DNA from: Dehalococcoidia bacterium
GTDB taxonomy: Bacteria > Chloroflexota > Dehalococcoidia > GIF9 > AB-539-J10
Reading direction: 5' to 3'
Length of the DNA: 64,000 nucleotides
NCBI GenBank assembly: GCA_034414555.1
Contig: DAOUMA010000005.1
Coordinates: forward strand, 41,220-105,219
Shown here: one piece after another, positions 19,681-29,217 of the stretch
Numbering within the stretch: position 1 is the first letter of the stretch
Layout: each line of letters starts with the position of its first letter
The notes under the pieces: model-generated
What the model was told of the DNA's origin: nothing
The model's database searches: none
Seen by the model: the letters and a program-made list of their open reading frames with translations, nothing else
Translations under genes and position numbers: made by a program

Positions 19681-19701
19681 CTATATTGTCAAATTGCCTT
19701 T

Positions 19702-20166
19702 TTACCACCTCCCTTTGATTTTTAGTGCCCGCTCTATTTGTCTTTCTGTCTCCCGGCGGACAATAACTTCCCTCTTATCGTAAATCTTCTTTCCCTTGCC
19801 GACACCAATCTCAACCTTGGCAATCCCATGTTTAATATACAGCTTAAGAGGAACTAAAGTCAAACCTCGCTGCGCTACTCTCTTGGTAAGCCTATCGATT
19901 TCCTCTTTGTGGAGCAAGAGCTTACGAGGGCGGGTTGGCTGATGGGTGTTGTAGCTGGCGGCATCATAAGAGGCGATGTGGCTGTTAAATAGCCACAGTT
20001 CTCCATTTTCTGGTTTGGCATAGGCATCCCGTAAACTTACCTTTCCCTCCCTTATTGATTTAATCTCGGAGCCCTTAAGCACAATGCCAACCTCAAGGCT
20101 TTCCTCAATATGGTAGTCGTGATAAGCTTTGCGATTAACGATTGATATCCCTGAGTTTTTTGCCAT
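19702..20166 (-). CDS. smpB: SsrA-binding protein SmpB
   Basis: NRKAYHDYHIEE…GSEIKSIR signature. Confidence 0.95.
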   Translation of the reverse strand: MAKNSGISIVNRKAYHDYHIEESLEVGIVLKGSEIKSIREGKVSLRDAYAKPENGELWLFNSHIASYDAASYNTHQPTRPRKLLLHKEEIDRLTKRVAQRGLTLVPLKLYIKHGIAKVEIGVGKGKKIYDKREVIVRRETERQIERALKIKGRW

Positions 20167-20310
20167 ATGAAAATCTTACCATTGAAATGCGAGGTTGTCA
20201 TTTTGGATGGGGCAAAGCGGAATGAAGAATCTCCAAGATTCTTCGCTATGGCTCAGAATGATGAAGGATAAGGTCGCTAAAACAACGTCCAAGGAAGGAG
20301 TCTAACTGAA

Positions 20311-20829
20311 ATGAATCAAGCAGATAGATTTTACATCTTTATCACAGTTTTTTTGGTCATTGCCCTGGTAGTTGGCGGGGTTATGCTGCTGGTCAACCGC
20401 AGTAAAATCCAGCCTACTGAGCTAGTGTTATCTCAAGTTGCGCTTCCGCAGCAGAGTGGTGAAGTTTACATTAGTGGCGCTGTGGTTAATCCTGGCATCT
20501 ATCCCCTCAGGGAAGGCGACACGATAGATGCTATTCTCTCAAACGTTGGCATTGAATCCAGTGCTGCCCTTAGCTATATCGGGATTTATATTCCTGAAGA
20601 AGGTGAAGAACAATCTCCTCAAAAGATAGACATCAACCGGGCAGAACCCTGGCTTCTTGAAGCCCTGCCAGGGATAGGAGAAACTAGAGCTCAGGCTATT
20701 GTGGATTACCGCAATGAAAATGGTAAGTTCAAACGGCTTGAAGATTTGCTTCAGGTCAAAGGTATTGGACAGGGAATATTTGACGAGATAAAGGATTATA
20801 TCACTGTATCAGATAGCAAAACTTTTTAA
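20311..20829 (+). CDS. comEA: ComEA-like DNA-binding competence protein (helix-hairpin-helix)
   Basis: N-terminal TM; C-terminal INRAEPWLLEALPGIGETRAQAIVDYR…LEDLLQVKGIG HhH motifs. Confidence 0.8.
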   Translation: MNQADRFYIFITVFLVIALVVGGVMLLVNRSKIQPTELVLSQVALPQQSGEVYISGAVVNPGIYPLREGDTIDAILSNVGIESSAALSYIGIYIPEEGEEQSPQKIDINRAEPWLLEALPGIGETRAQAIVDYRNENGKFKRLEDLLQVKGIGQGIFDEIKDYITVSDSKTF

Positions 20830-22373
20830 TGTGGTTGCTTTATATTAGCTGTGCTTGGATAGCGGGTATTTTTATAGGCTCACAAGTTAGCCTGCCGTTA
20901 ATTGTTATCCCTCTCGGGCTTCTTCCATTCTTGTTCATCCCTCTTTTCCGTGACAAAAGGGGGAGCTTAATAGTGACGGGATTATGTTTTTTTGCTTTTA
21001 TCGGCGGCGGTCTTTATTTTCCGACAAGCTTGCCTCAGATAGATGAGCATTCTGTTTGTTTTTACAACGATGCCGGGGTGGTAGAAATCCAGGGGGTGGT
21101 GAAAGAGGAGCCCGATGTTAGAGACGGGTATTGTCTGTTAACGATTTCCACTAATGAGGTGACCGTAAATGACGAAGAAAAAGCGGTTTCAGGGTCCGTC
21201 TTAATTCGAGTATCAAGGTATCCTGAGTATCATTACGGAGATGTCATCAAGGTAACTGGAGAATTGGAGACCCCTCCTACGTTTGAAGATTTTGACTATA
21301 AAAGCTATCTAGAGCATCAAGGAATTTACTCCATTAGTTATTATCCTAGGATAGAAGTTATTGCTGAAGGTAAAGGTTTTACCCCGTTGCAGTGGCTTTA
21401 TTCCTTCAGGGAGAGCCTTTCGAATTCCCTAGCTAGAGCTTTGCCTGAGCCGCAGGGCTCATTAGCCCAGGGCATCCTGCTTGGCATGACAAGCAATATA
21501 CCCTATTCTGTGAGGCAAGCTTTCTCAAGAACAGGGACTGCCCATATATTGGCTATTTCTGGCTTGCATATGAGTATCATCATTGGCATTCTCCTCAGCT
21601 TTTTAGTTTTAATTTTTGGGAGACAGCGTTCCATATATATCTGGCTTACCCTTATGGCTATCTGGATTTATGCCTTGCTCACTGGAATGCATCCGCCGGT
21701 AATTCGTGCCACCATAATGGGGAGCTTATTTTTGATAGCTGAATATCTTGGAAGACAGCGCAGCGCCATTACTGCCTTAGCTTTTGCTGCTGCAGTGATG
21801 GTGGGTATCCAGCCCCAAATTTTGTGGAACGCCTCATTCCAACTTAGCTTTATGGCAATGCTCGGCCTTGTTCTGTTCTATCCTTATTTTCAGAATTGGG
21901 GAAGGAGGGGCATTACAAAGGTGTTTGAATACCGGGATAAAGCTATAGCTATTGGCAATGTCTTTGTGGATGGCTTTACACTGACCCTAGCGGCTATCAT
22001 CGCAGTCTGGCCACTTATAGCGTACTACTTTGGCATTGTTTCACTGGTTGGTGTACCAGCAACATTCCTTTCTTTGCCTGCTTTGCCAGCTATTATAGTT
22101 GCTTCTGCATTGGTCGCCTTTGTAGGGTTATTTGCTGTATTTGCCTCTCAAATTTTAGGCTGGGTCGCCTGGCTGTTCTTGAGTTACTTACTTTTAGTAG
22201 TTCAGGGTTTTGATGCCATGCCATTTTCCTCTTTCCAGATACCTAGTATCCCTGTGTGGTTAGTGTGGACATATTACATCATGCTTGCAATAGTTGTGGC
22301 GTGGCTTAATCATAGAAAGCAGTTGCCCAATATTTTCCCTATGTTAGCTTCTGAAGCGAAGGGAAGTGGTTAG
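20829..22373 (+). CDS. comEC: ComEC/Rec2 DNA-internalisation channel, membrane portion (DUF4131 + Competence domain)
   Basis: Polytopic membrane protein; AHILAISGLHMSI motif characteristic of the ComEC competence domain. Confidence 0.85.
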   Translation: MWLLYISCAWIAGIFIGSQVSLPLIVIPLGLLPFLFIPLFRDKRGSLIVTGLCFFAFIGGGLYFPTSLPQIDEHSVCFYNDAGVVEIQGVVKEEPDVRDGYCLLTISTNEVTVNDEEKAVSGSVLIRVSRYPEYHYGDVIKVTGELETPPTFEDFDYKSYLEHQGIYSISYYPRIEVIAEGKGFTPLQWLYSFRESLSNSLARALPEPQGSLAQGILLGMTSNIPYSVRQAFSRTGTAHILAISGLHMSIIIGILLSFLVLIFGRQRSIYIWLTLMAIWIYALLTGMHPPVIRATIMGSLFLIAEYLGRQRSAITALAFAAAVMVGIQPQILWNASFQLSFMAMLGLVLFYPYFQNWGRRGITKVFEYRDKAIAIGNVFVDGFTLTLAAIIAVWPLIAYYFGIVSLVGVPATFLSLPALPAIIVASALVAFVGLFAVFASQILGWVAWLFLSYLLLVVQGFDAMPFSSFQIPSIPVWLVWTYYIMLAIVVAWLNHRKQLPNIFPMLASEAKGSG

Positions 22374-22375
22374 TA

Positions 22376-23257
22376 ATGGCTAAATTCTCCCGACATTCGC
22401 TCCTGAAATGGCTCATTCCTCCCCTTTTATTAGCAGCTATCCTGGTTTGGGCTGCAGTTCTCACCACTCCTGATGATAATCTTCATGTAAGTTTCCTTGA
22501 TGTGGGACAGGGAGATGCCATCTTGATACAAACGCCTAGTCATCAGAATATACTCATTGATGGTGGTCCTAGTCCGCAGACAATAGATTTAGAATTAGGT
22601 GAGAAACTCCCCTTCTGGGATAGAACGATCGACCTTATGATATCCACACAGCCTCAAGCTGACCACATCACTGGATTGGTGGAAGTGCTGCAAAGGTATA
22701 AAGTGAAGCAAGTGCTTGAGCCTGGTGTTTCTTATAATTCTTGCGTTTATCAAGAATGGCTCAAGCTGATTGAGGAGAAAGAAATCAAGCACGATGTGGC
22801 TAAAGCGGAGCAGGAAGTTGATTTAGGCAGTGGCATTAAGATAGAAGTGCTTAATCCTCCCGATGAGTTTTTTAAAGGGACCAGCGCCGATGTGGATAAC
22901 AACGGGGTGGTATTAAGGCTAAGCTGGGGTGAGGTCAGTTTTTTGTTCACTGCCGATATCAGGTGGGAAGGTGAATTTGAGCTCATTAAACAGCGAGCTA
23001 ACTTGAGAAGCACAGTCCTGAAGGTAGCCCATCACGGCAGCAAGACGTCCACTACTCCGCAGTTTCTATCCGTAGTTGACCCTCAAATAGCTGTAATCTC
23101 AGTGGGGGCAAACAATACCTTTGGTCATCCCAACCCTGAGGTAGTAGCAAGGCTGAGGGAGAGGTTGGGGGAAGATAGCATTTATCTAACATCAGAAAAT
23201 GGCACTATTGAATTTATCACCGATGGGGAGAAGCTGTGGGTAAAGGCAGAGCGCTGA
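22376..23257 (+). CDS. MBL-fold metallo-hydrolase corresponding to the C-terminal domain of ComEC, encoded as a separate ORF
   Basis: N-terminal TM, HVSFLDVGQGDAILIQTP and downstream His/Asp metal-ligand motifs. It starts 3 nt after the comEC stop. Confidence 0.8.
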   Translation: MAKFSRHSLLKWLIPPLLLAAILVWAAVLTTPDDNLHVSFLDVGQGDAILIQTPSHQNILIDGGPSPQTIDLELGEKLPFWDRTIDLMISTQPQADHITGLVEVLQRYKVKQVLEPGVSYNSCVYQEWLKLIEEKEIKHDVAKAEQEVDLGSGIKIEVLNPPDEFFKGTSADVDNNGVVLRLSWGEVSFLFTADIRWEGEFELIKQRANLRSTVLKVAHHGSKTSTTPQFLSVVDPQIAVISVGANNTFGHPNPEVVARLRERLGEDSIYLTSENGTIEFITDGEKLWVKAER

Positions 23258-23327
23258 CAAGAGCCATTGACATGGGCAGGTCCTAACCGATACAATGTAG
23301 CATTTGTAAAACTGGTATGGATACGAT

Positions 23328-23498
23328 ATGGCTGAAGTAAAACTTGGCTCTGGTGAAGGCTTTGAGAGCTTGCTGCGTAGATTTAACCGGCAAGTGCAGC
23401 AAGGCCGTATTTTAGCTGAAGTTCGGCGTCGAAAGTTTTTTGAGAAACCAAGCGAGGCGCGGAAGAGGAAACAGGCGGCAAAGAGGCGAAAAGTGTGA
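23328..23498 (+). CDS. rpsU: 30S ribosomal protein S21
   Basis: 56-aa ORF MAEVKLGSGEGFESLLRRFNRQVQQGRILAEVRRRKFFEKPSEARKRKQAAKRRKV with a clear S21 signature. It is below the 60-aa cut-off of the supplied ORF track. Confidence 0.85.
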   Translation: MAEVKLGSGEGFESLLRRFNRQVQQGRILAEVRRRKFFEKPSEARKRKQAAKRRKV

Positions 23499-23508
23499 GA
23501 GGGGTGAG

Positions 23509-23958
23509 GTGACACTGGAGGAGAAACTAAGGAAGGACCTCTATCAGGCAATTAAGCGGCAGGATAAGGTACGAATCTCCACATTACGATTGCTCTTATC
23601 TGAGATAAAGAATACTGAAATTGCTCAAGGGAAGCCTATCGATGATAGTAAAGGTATTGATATCCTTGGTAAGGAAGCGAGGCAGCGGCGGGAAAGCATC
23701 GATGCGTTTAAAAAGGGGAATCGCAGTGACCTTGTAGCCCAGGAAGAGTCAGAGTTAGCCATTATTTTAGAATATCTTCCCAAGCAAATGAGCCATGAAG
23801 AAATTATTACCGCAGCGCGGCAAGCAATTGACATAGTTGGAGCAAAAGGGGAGAAAGATAAAGGTAGAGTTATGTCTCAGCTTATGCCCCAGCTTAAAGG
23901 TAAAGCTGGCGGTAAGGAAGTAGACGAGATAGTTTCTGAGCTGCTTGCTCAAGGTTAG
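23509..23958 (+). CDS. GatB/YqeY domain-containing protein
   Basis: YqeY-like sequence (LKEKLRKDLYQAIK…LLSEIKN…). I place the start at the in-frame GTG at 23509 rather than the ATG at 23440, which lies inside rpsU in another frame. Confidence 0.7.
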   Translation: MTLEEKLRKDLYQAIKRQDKVRISTLRLLLSEIKNTEIAQGKPIDDSKGIDILGKEARQRRESIDAFKKGNRSDLVAQEESELAIILEYLPKQMSHEEIITAARQAIDIVGAKGEKDKGRVMSQLMPQLKGKAGGKEVDEIVSELLAQG

Positions 23959-24036
23959 GTCTTTACATAATATTACATCAGGATTTTGGTAATAAACAAG
24001 CTAACCAGCTTGGATAGAACTCGGGGTGATACTTAA

Positions 24037-25341
24037 ATGGCTCAAGTTTGCTCGTTCCGTGGTATACGTTACAGAAAGGAAAAAGTTTCTAACCTAGGGG
24101 CGGTTATTTGTCCGCCGTATGATGTGATTACTCCCGAAGAACAGAGATTTTATTACCGGGAAAGCGATTACAATATAATTCGTTTGGAGCTTCCCACCCG
24201 CAAATCTGGAGGCGGTGCCGAGGCTGAGTATAGTGGTGCTGCGAGGACCCTGAAAACCTGGCTTGCAGAAGGAGTTCTTCAAGCGGATGACTCACCTGCT
24301 TTTTATCTCCATGACCATTATTTTACCTATCAAGGGAAGAGGCGGCGACGTGAGCTAATAGCTCGAGTCAAATTAGTGCCCTGGGGTGAAGGCGTATGTC
24401 CTCATGAAGAGACGTCTTCTAAAGTTAAACAAGACAGACTTAGGCTGTTGCGGGCTTGCCAGGCTACCTTCAGCCCGATTCTTGCCTTATACCAGGACAG
24501 GGGTGGTGAGATCGCTGGAATATCTTCCTCGGTGTCACAGTATAACCCGCCGATGGATTTGGTTGATTCTGGTGAACGTCATCTCATTTGGGCGATAACT
24601 GAGCCTCAGCTAATACGCCGGATCAGCGCGCTTTTATCTGATTTACCCTTTTATGTGGCTGATGGTCACCATCGCTATGAGATTGGGCTAGCGTATCAAC
24701 GTGAAAGAATGGGACGCCTTTCTTCTCCGACTGGGAAGGAAGCCTTTAATTACATAATGATGTCCTTGGTTGAGTTTTCCGACCCTGGACTCGTTGTTTT
24801 GCCGCTCCACAGGTTGGTGCGTGGAATATCGCTCGATGCCAGAGCTAAGCTGAAGCGGCAACTTCGGGATTTCTTTACTGCGGAGATAATTCCTTTGTCG
24901 AATATCTCGGGCGATTTAGCTGAAGGTGTATATGATAGGCTGAAACGCGGTGGGAAAGAAGAAATGGTTTTAGGAGTTTTAGGGTTGGAGGGTGAATCGT
25001 TGGTGATGTTAACCCCCCGCCTGGGGGTACCTCTAGATAAAGCGATGCCTCAAGCTCGTTCCCAAGCTTATAAAAAAGTGGGTGTCAGTTTTCTTAATCA
25101 TCTTATACTGAAGCAAATTTTGGGGATTAATGTTAACAAGGATGCTCTCGGCTATACTAGTGATATTGCTGAAGCTTATCGGGAGATAGCGGAAGGGCAT
25201 TATCAATTAGCCTTTCTTGTTCAATCGCCTGAATTGGGGCTGGTCAAGGCTGTTGCTGATGCTGGTGATAGAATGCCGAGGAAATCAACTTACTTTTATC
25301 CCAAGGTTCCTGCTGGATTAGTTATTAATCCTCTTTGGTGA
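24037..25341 (+). CDS. DUF1015 domain-containing protein
   Basis: 434 aa; VADGHHRYE motif and overall DUF1015-like pattern. Located next to serA/serC. Confidence 0.7.
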   Translation: MAQVCSFRGIRYRKEKVSNLGAVICPPYDVITPEEQRFYYRESDYNIIRLELPTRKSGGGAEAEYSGAARTLKTWLAEGVLQADDSPAFYLHDHYFTYQGKRRRRELIARVKLVPWGEGVCPHEETSSKVKQDRLRLLRACQATFSPILALYQDRGGEIAGISSSVSQYNPPMDLVDSGERHLIWAITEPQLIRRISALLSDLPFYVADGHHRYEIGLAYQRERMGRLSSPTGKEAFNYIMMSLVEFSDPGLVVLPLHRLVRGISLDARAKLKRQLRDFFTAEIIPLSNISGDLAEGVYDRLKRGGKEEMVLGVLGLEGESLVMLTPRLGVPLDKAMPQARSQAYKKVGVSFLNHLILKQILGINVNKDALGYTSDIAEAYREIAEGHYQLAFLVQSPELGLVKAVADAGDRMPRKSTYFYPKVPAGLVINPLW

Positions 25342-26904
25342 TTATATTTTCACCACTTTAGCGGTATAAATGTCAGGCAGTGCCGTAATCTCTCTTAGTT
25401 GTTCTTCGGTGGGTAGCTCATCCAGGACTAGAATCATAAGCGCTTTTCCCCTCGGTTTTTGTCTACTTAAGTGCATTGCGCTGATATTGATGTCAGCTTT
25501 GCCCAGTATGGTTCCGATAGCACCAACCCGCCCAGGGGTATCAAGGTGGTCGCAAAGTAAAAGATAGCCTTCGGTAGGTAATATGTCCATCCAGAACTCG
25601 TTAATTTGAACAATATGGGTCTCGCTATCCCTAGCTGTTCCTGATATGGTAGTAGTGCCTGAATTTGTGTTAACACTTACGGTGAGTAAGTTAGAATAGT
25701 TTGGACAGATTAGCTCTTTTTCCTCGCTAATTTTCAAGCCACGCTGGGCAGCAAGGAAATTAGCATTGACCAAATTTATTTTTTCCTCGGTCACCTGTCC
25801 TAGTAAACCGCTGATAACAGACACTTTTACCGGGCTTAAATCATAATTGGCGATTCCTCCGCAGTATTTGATACGTATGTCGGTTATCTGCCCCTCCATT
25901 AATTGGCTGGCAAAGCTGCCAATTAATGAAGCTGCTTTTAACAGTGGCAGCAATTCGGGAGAGATGTGAGGCATATTGACGGCATATTTGCTGAATTCTC
26001 CGCGAAGGACTGTCAAGACTTGCTCGGCAATATCTTTGGCGACATTTACTTGAGCTTCAACGGTTGAGGCACCAAGGTGAGGGGTGACGATTATTTTGTC
26101 ACTTTTAAGAAGTATACTATCTGTCGCTGGCTCAGTGCTGAAGACATCGAAAGCGGCGCCGGCTAGCCTTCCTTCTTCAATCGCTTTGAATAATGCTTCT
26201 TCGTCAATCAAGCCACCTCGAGCGCAATTAATAACATAGGTTGTAGGTTTCATTTTTGCTATTTCTCCGGTACCAATTAATTTCTTAGTGGCTTTAGTCA
26301 ATGGCGTATGAAGAGTAATAAAGTCGGCTTCTTCCAGTAATTCCTTTAAAGGAACAAGGGTGACATTTATATTTTTGGCATAATGTTCCGAGATGAAAGG
26401 GTCGTAAGCAATAATGCGCATTTCAAATCCTTGAGCCCGTTTGGCTACCTCGGAGCCAACGTTACCTAAACCGATAATTCCTAAAGTTTTGTTTCTGAGC
26501 TCAGTGCCCACTAGCTTGCTTCGCTGCCATATTCCCGATTTCAGTTGAGCATTGGCTTTTGGTATATTGCGTGCTAGGGCGAGCATAAGACCGACAGTAT
26601 GCTCAGCAGCAGATATGGTGTTCCCTGTAGGAGCATTTACTACCACTATGCCTTTCTTGGTGGCGGCACCAACATCGATGTTATCTATTCCTATTCCGGC
26701 TCGACCAATTACTTTTAGTTTTTCCTCGCGTGCAATTATATCTGCGGATACTTTTGTTTCACTCCGCACAATCAGGGCATCATAATCACCGATTATCTCC
26801 TTAAGTTGCTCAGGCTTTAACTCGAGCTTGACATCAACTTGAGTGTGCTCAGCGAGAAATTTTATTCCTTCTTCAGCAATAGGGTCTGCGACTAAAACTT
26901 TCAT
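25342..26904 (-). CDS. serA: D-3-phosphoglycerate dehydrogenase with C-terminal ACT domain
   Basis: GxGxxG motif GIIGLGNVGSEVA, 2-hydroxyacid dehydrogenase catalytic residues, ~520 aa long form. Confidence 0.9.
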   Translation of the reverse strand: MKVLVADPIAEEGIKFLAEHTQVDVKLELKPEQLKEIIGDYDALIVRSETKVSADIIAREEKLKVIGRAGIGIDNIDVGAATKKGIVVVNAPTGNTISAAEHTVGLMLALARNIPKANAQLKSGIWQRSKLVGTELRNKTLGIIGLGNVGSEVAKRAQGFEMRIIAYDPFISEHYAKNINVTLVPLKELLEEADFITLHTPLTKATKKLIGTGEIAKMKPTTYVINCARGGLIDEEALFKAIEEGRLAGAAFDVFSTEPATDSILLKSDKIIVTPHLGASTVEAQVNVAKDIAEQVLTVLRGEFSKYAVNMPHISPELLPLLKAASLIGSFASQLMEGQITDIRIKYCGGIANYDLSPVKVSVISGLLGQVTEEKINLVNANFLAAQRGLKISEEKELICPNYSNLLTVSVNTNSGTTTISGTARDSETHIVQINEFWMDILPTEGYLLLCDHLDTPGRVGAIGTILGKADINISAMHLSRQKPRGKALMILVLDELPTEEQLREITALPDIYTAKVVKI

Positions 26905-26909
26905 TTAAG

Positions 26910-28016
26910 TTAATACCTCGCTTTCGGCAAAGTTTTTTCTATTGCCTGTAATGTTACTTTGATATCATCCTCATTGACCAAGCCCATATGACCGATGCGG
27001 AAGATTTTGCCCGATAATTTGCGCTGACCTCCAACAATAACTACATCAGATTCCTCTTTCAGGATTTGGACGAATTTAGACACATCAAGCTTGTCTGAGG
27101 CGTTGACCGCAGTAACTGTATTGGAGGCGCAACTTTCATCAGGGAGAAGAGATAATCCCAGAGATTTTATGCCATTCCTAGTCATCTGGGCTACTCTCTT
27201 ATGGCGGGCAAATACATTTTGTAGCCCTTCATTCAGCATTAAATCAAGGCTAGCATCCAGAGCGTAGCAAATAGAAATGGCTGGGGTCCACGGGGTCTGT
27301 CCTTTCTGGAGGTAATCCTTGGCTTTAGCAAAGTCAAGGTAAAACCGTGGCATTCGTGCCTGTGAATAAGCTTTCCATGCTTTTTCGCTTACGCTAACCA
27401 TTGCCAGGCCAGGGGGAACCATCCATCCTTTTTGGGAAGCGGTTACCACTATATCACACTGCCAGTCGTCTGCCGGTAAATCGATGCATCCGAGGCTGCT
27501 CACAGCATCAACAAGAAGCAGCTTGTCAAATTCCTTGACTACTGAGCTTATGCTGGCTAGGTCATTGGTCACGCCAGTGGAAGTTTCGTTATGTGTGACC
27601 AGCACCGCTTTGATGTTGGTATTTGCCCTTAAAGCTTGGCGTATTGCTTCCGGCTTTGCCGGGGTTCCCCATTCGAAATTGAGGCGATTTACTTTAGCGC
27701 CATATTGCTCAGCAATATCAGCGAAGCGGTCGCCAAAGACACCACAGGAACAGGCTAGTATCTCATCACCTGGAGACAGTGTATTGACGATAGCGGCTTC
27801 TAACCCACCGGTTCCAGCACAGGTAAGTACAAAAACATCTCCTTTAGTCTGAAATATCTGTTTTAGCCTTACTGTTACGGATTGGAGAAGCTGGCCAAAT
27901 TCCTTGCCGCGATGATTTATCATCTGATGGCTCGCTGCTTGAAGGGTTTCTGGTGGGCACGGTGTCGGTCCTGGTATACGTAGCTGCATGTTACAAACCT
28001 CCTGAAGATAATTCAA
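26910..28016 (-). CDS. Class V aminotransferase (serine-pyruvate/phosphoserine aminotransferase type)
   Basis: PLP-fold; SQKGWMVPPGLAMV segment, where the K in SQK is the likely PLP-lysine. Confidence 0.8.
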   Translation of the reverse strand: MNYLQEVCNMQLRIPGPTPCPPETLQAASHQMINHRGKEFGQLLQSVTVRLKQIFQTKGDVFVLTCAGTGGLEAAIVNTLSPGDEILACSCGVFGDRFADIAEQYGAKVNRLNFEWGTPAKPEAIRQALRANTNIKAVLVTHNETSTGVTNDLASISSVVKEFDKLLLVDAVSSLGCIDLPADDWQCDIVVTASQKGWMVPPGLAMVSVSEKAWKAYSQARMPRFYLDFAKAKDYLQKGQTPWTPAISICYALDASLDLMLNEGLQNVFARHKRVAQMTRNGIKSLGLSLLPDESCASNTVTAVNASDKLDVSKFVQILKEESDVVIVGGQRKLSGKIFRIGHMGLVNEDDIKVTLQAIEKTLPKARY

Positions 28017-29217
28017 TGGCTATCCTGACAAAGTTGTGTTTTCCTACTTTGAGAACGGCGCCATTATGGACATCGATGATATTGCTGCTTATTTTGTTGC
28101 CGTCCAGTTCGATTGCCCCTTGTGCCAGAAGGCGTTTCAGCTCACTATTGCTTTTAACTATTCCTTCTTTAACTAAAGTAGGGGCAATGTCAATGCGGTA
28201 CAGCGCATTTTCAGCATGGCTAGCAATGAAAGCGTATTCCGGGATTTCTTCTGGCAGCTTTTTTTGTTGGAATGCTGTATGAAAATATTTTTCCGCTTCC
28301 TCGGTAGATTTAACATCGTGAAATTTAGCCACGATCTCATACGCCAATCTTTTTTTGAGTATCATCGGGTTGACTGAGTGGCTATCCATCTGCTTCTTAA
28401 ACTCGGTGATTTTCTCATCAGGGATATCGGTTGCTAGCTGGAAATAATCGATAATAAGGTGGTCAGGAATGGACATCACTTTGCCATACATTTCCTGGGG
28501 GGACTCATCGATGCCTATATGATTACCAAAAGTTTTGCTCATCTTTAGTTTGCCGTCGGTTCCAATCAAGAGAGGCACGAGGAGGACTTGCTGGGGGGGC
28601 TGTCCGGTCATTTGCTGTAGTTCTCGACCTAAGAGGCAGTTAAACTTCTGGTCGGTGCCGCCAAGTTCAACATCGGCTTGGATAGCCACTGAATCATAAG
28701 CCTGGAGTAAGGGATAGAGCATTTCAGCCAGAGAAATAGGATTCCCGGCATTGACCCTTTTATTGAAGTCCTCTCTCGCCATAATCTGGGCTATGGTGAA
28801 TTTGCTGGTAAGCTTAATCACCTCATCCAGACCAAATTTATTGTACCATTCACTTTGCCATCTCACCTCTGTTTTACCCTTATCTACCACTTTGAAGAAT
28901 TGTTTCAGGTAAGTTTGAGTGTTAGCCTCCACTTCCTGTGGTGAAAGCATGGGGCGGGTAGCTACCTGTCCACTCGGGTCTCCAATCCGTGCTGTCCAGT
29001 CACCGACTATCAGAATAATTCTATGTCCTAACTCTTGGAATTGGCGTAATTTCCTCAATCCAACTACATGTCCCAGGTGAATATCGGGAGCACTGGGGTC
29101 AAACCCTTGTTTGAGCCTCAAGCGTTTTCCTGATTCCAGTAGCTTTATGAGTTCCTGTTCCACGGTAACCTCAGCTACCCCTCGTCTTAGCAATGACTCA
29201 AATTTTGAAGCTATCAT
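27991..29217 (-). CDS. tyrS: Tyrosyl-tRNA synthetase
   Basis: HLGH and KMSKT motifs; C-terminal S4-like domain. Confidence 0.95.
   Translation of the reverse strand: MIASKFESLLRRGVAEVTVEQELIKLLESGKRLRLKQGFDPSAPDIHLGHVVGLRKLRQFQELGHRIILIVGDWTARIGDPSGQVATRPMLSPQEVEANTQTYLKQFFKVVDKGKTEVRWQSEWYNKFGLDEVIKLTSKFTIAQIMAREDFNKRVNAGNPISLAEMLYPLLQAYDSVAIQADVELGGTDQKFNCLLGRELQQMTGQPPQQVLLVPLLIGTDGKLKMSKTFGNHIGIDESPQEMYGKVMSIPDHLIIDYFQLATDIPDEKITEFKKQMDSHSVNPMILKKRLAYEIVAKFHDVKSTEEAEKYFHTAFQQKKLPEEIPEYAFIASHAENALYRIDIAPTLVKEGIVKSNSELKRLLAQGAIELDGNKISSNIIDVHNGAVLKVGKHNFVRIAIELSSGGL

Noticed and set aside
23440-23508. ATG start at 23440 for the GatB/YqeY ORF
   Set aside because: Lies inside the rpsU coding region in a different frame and yields an Arg-rich, non-conserved N-terminus; the GTG at 23509 is preferred.
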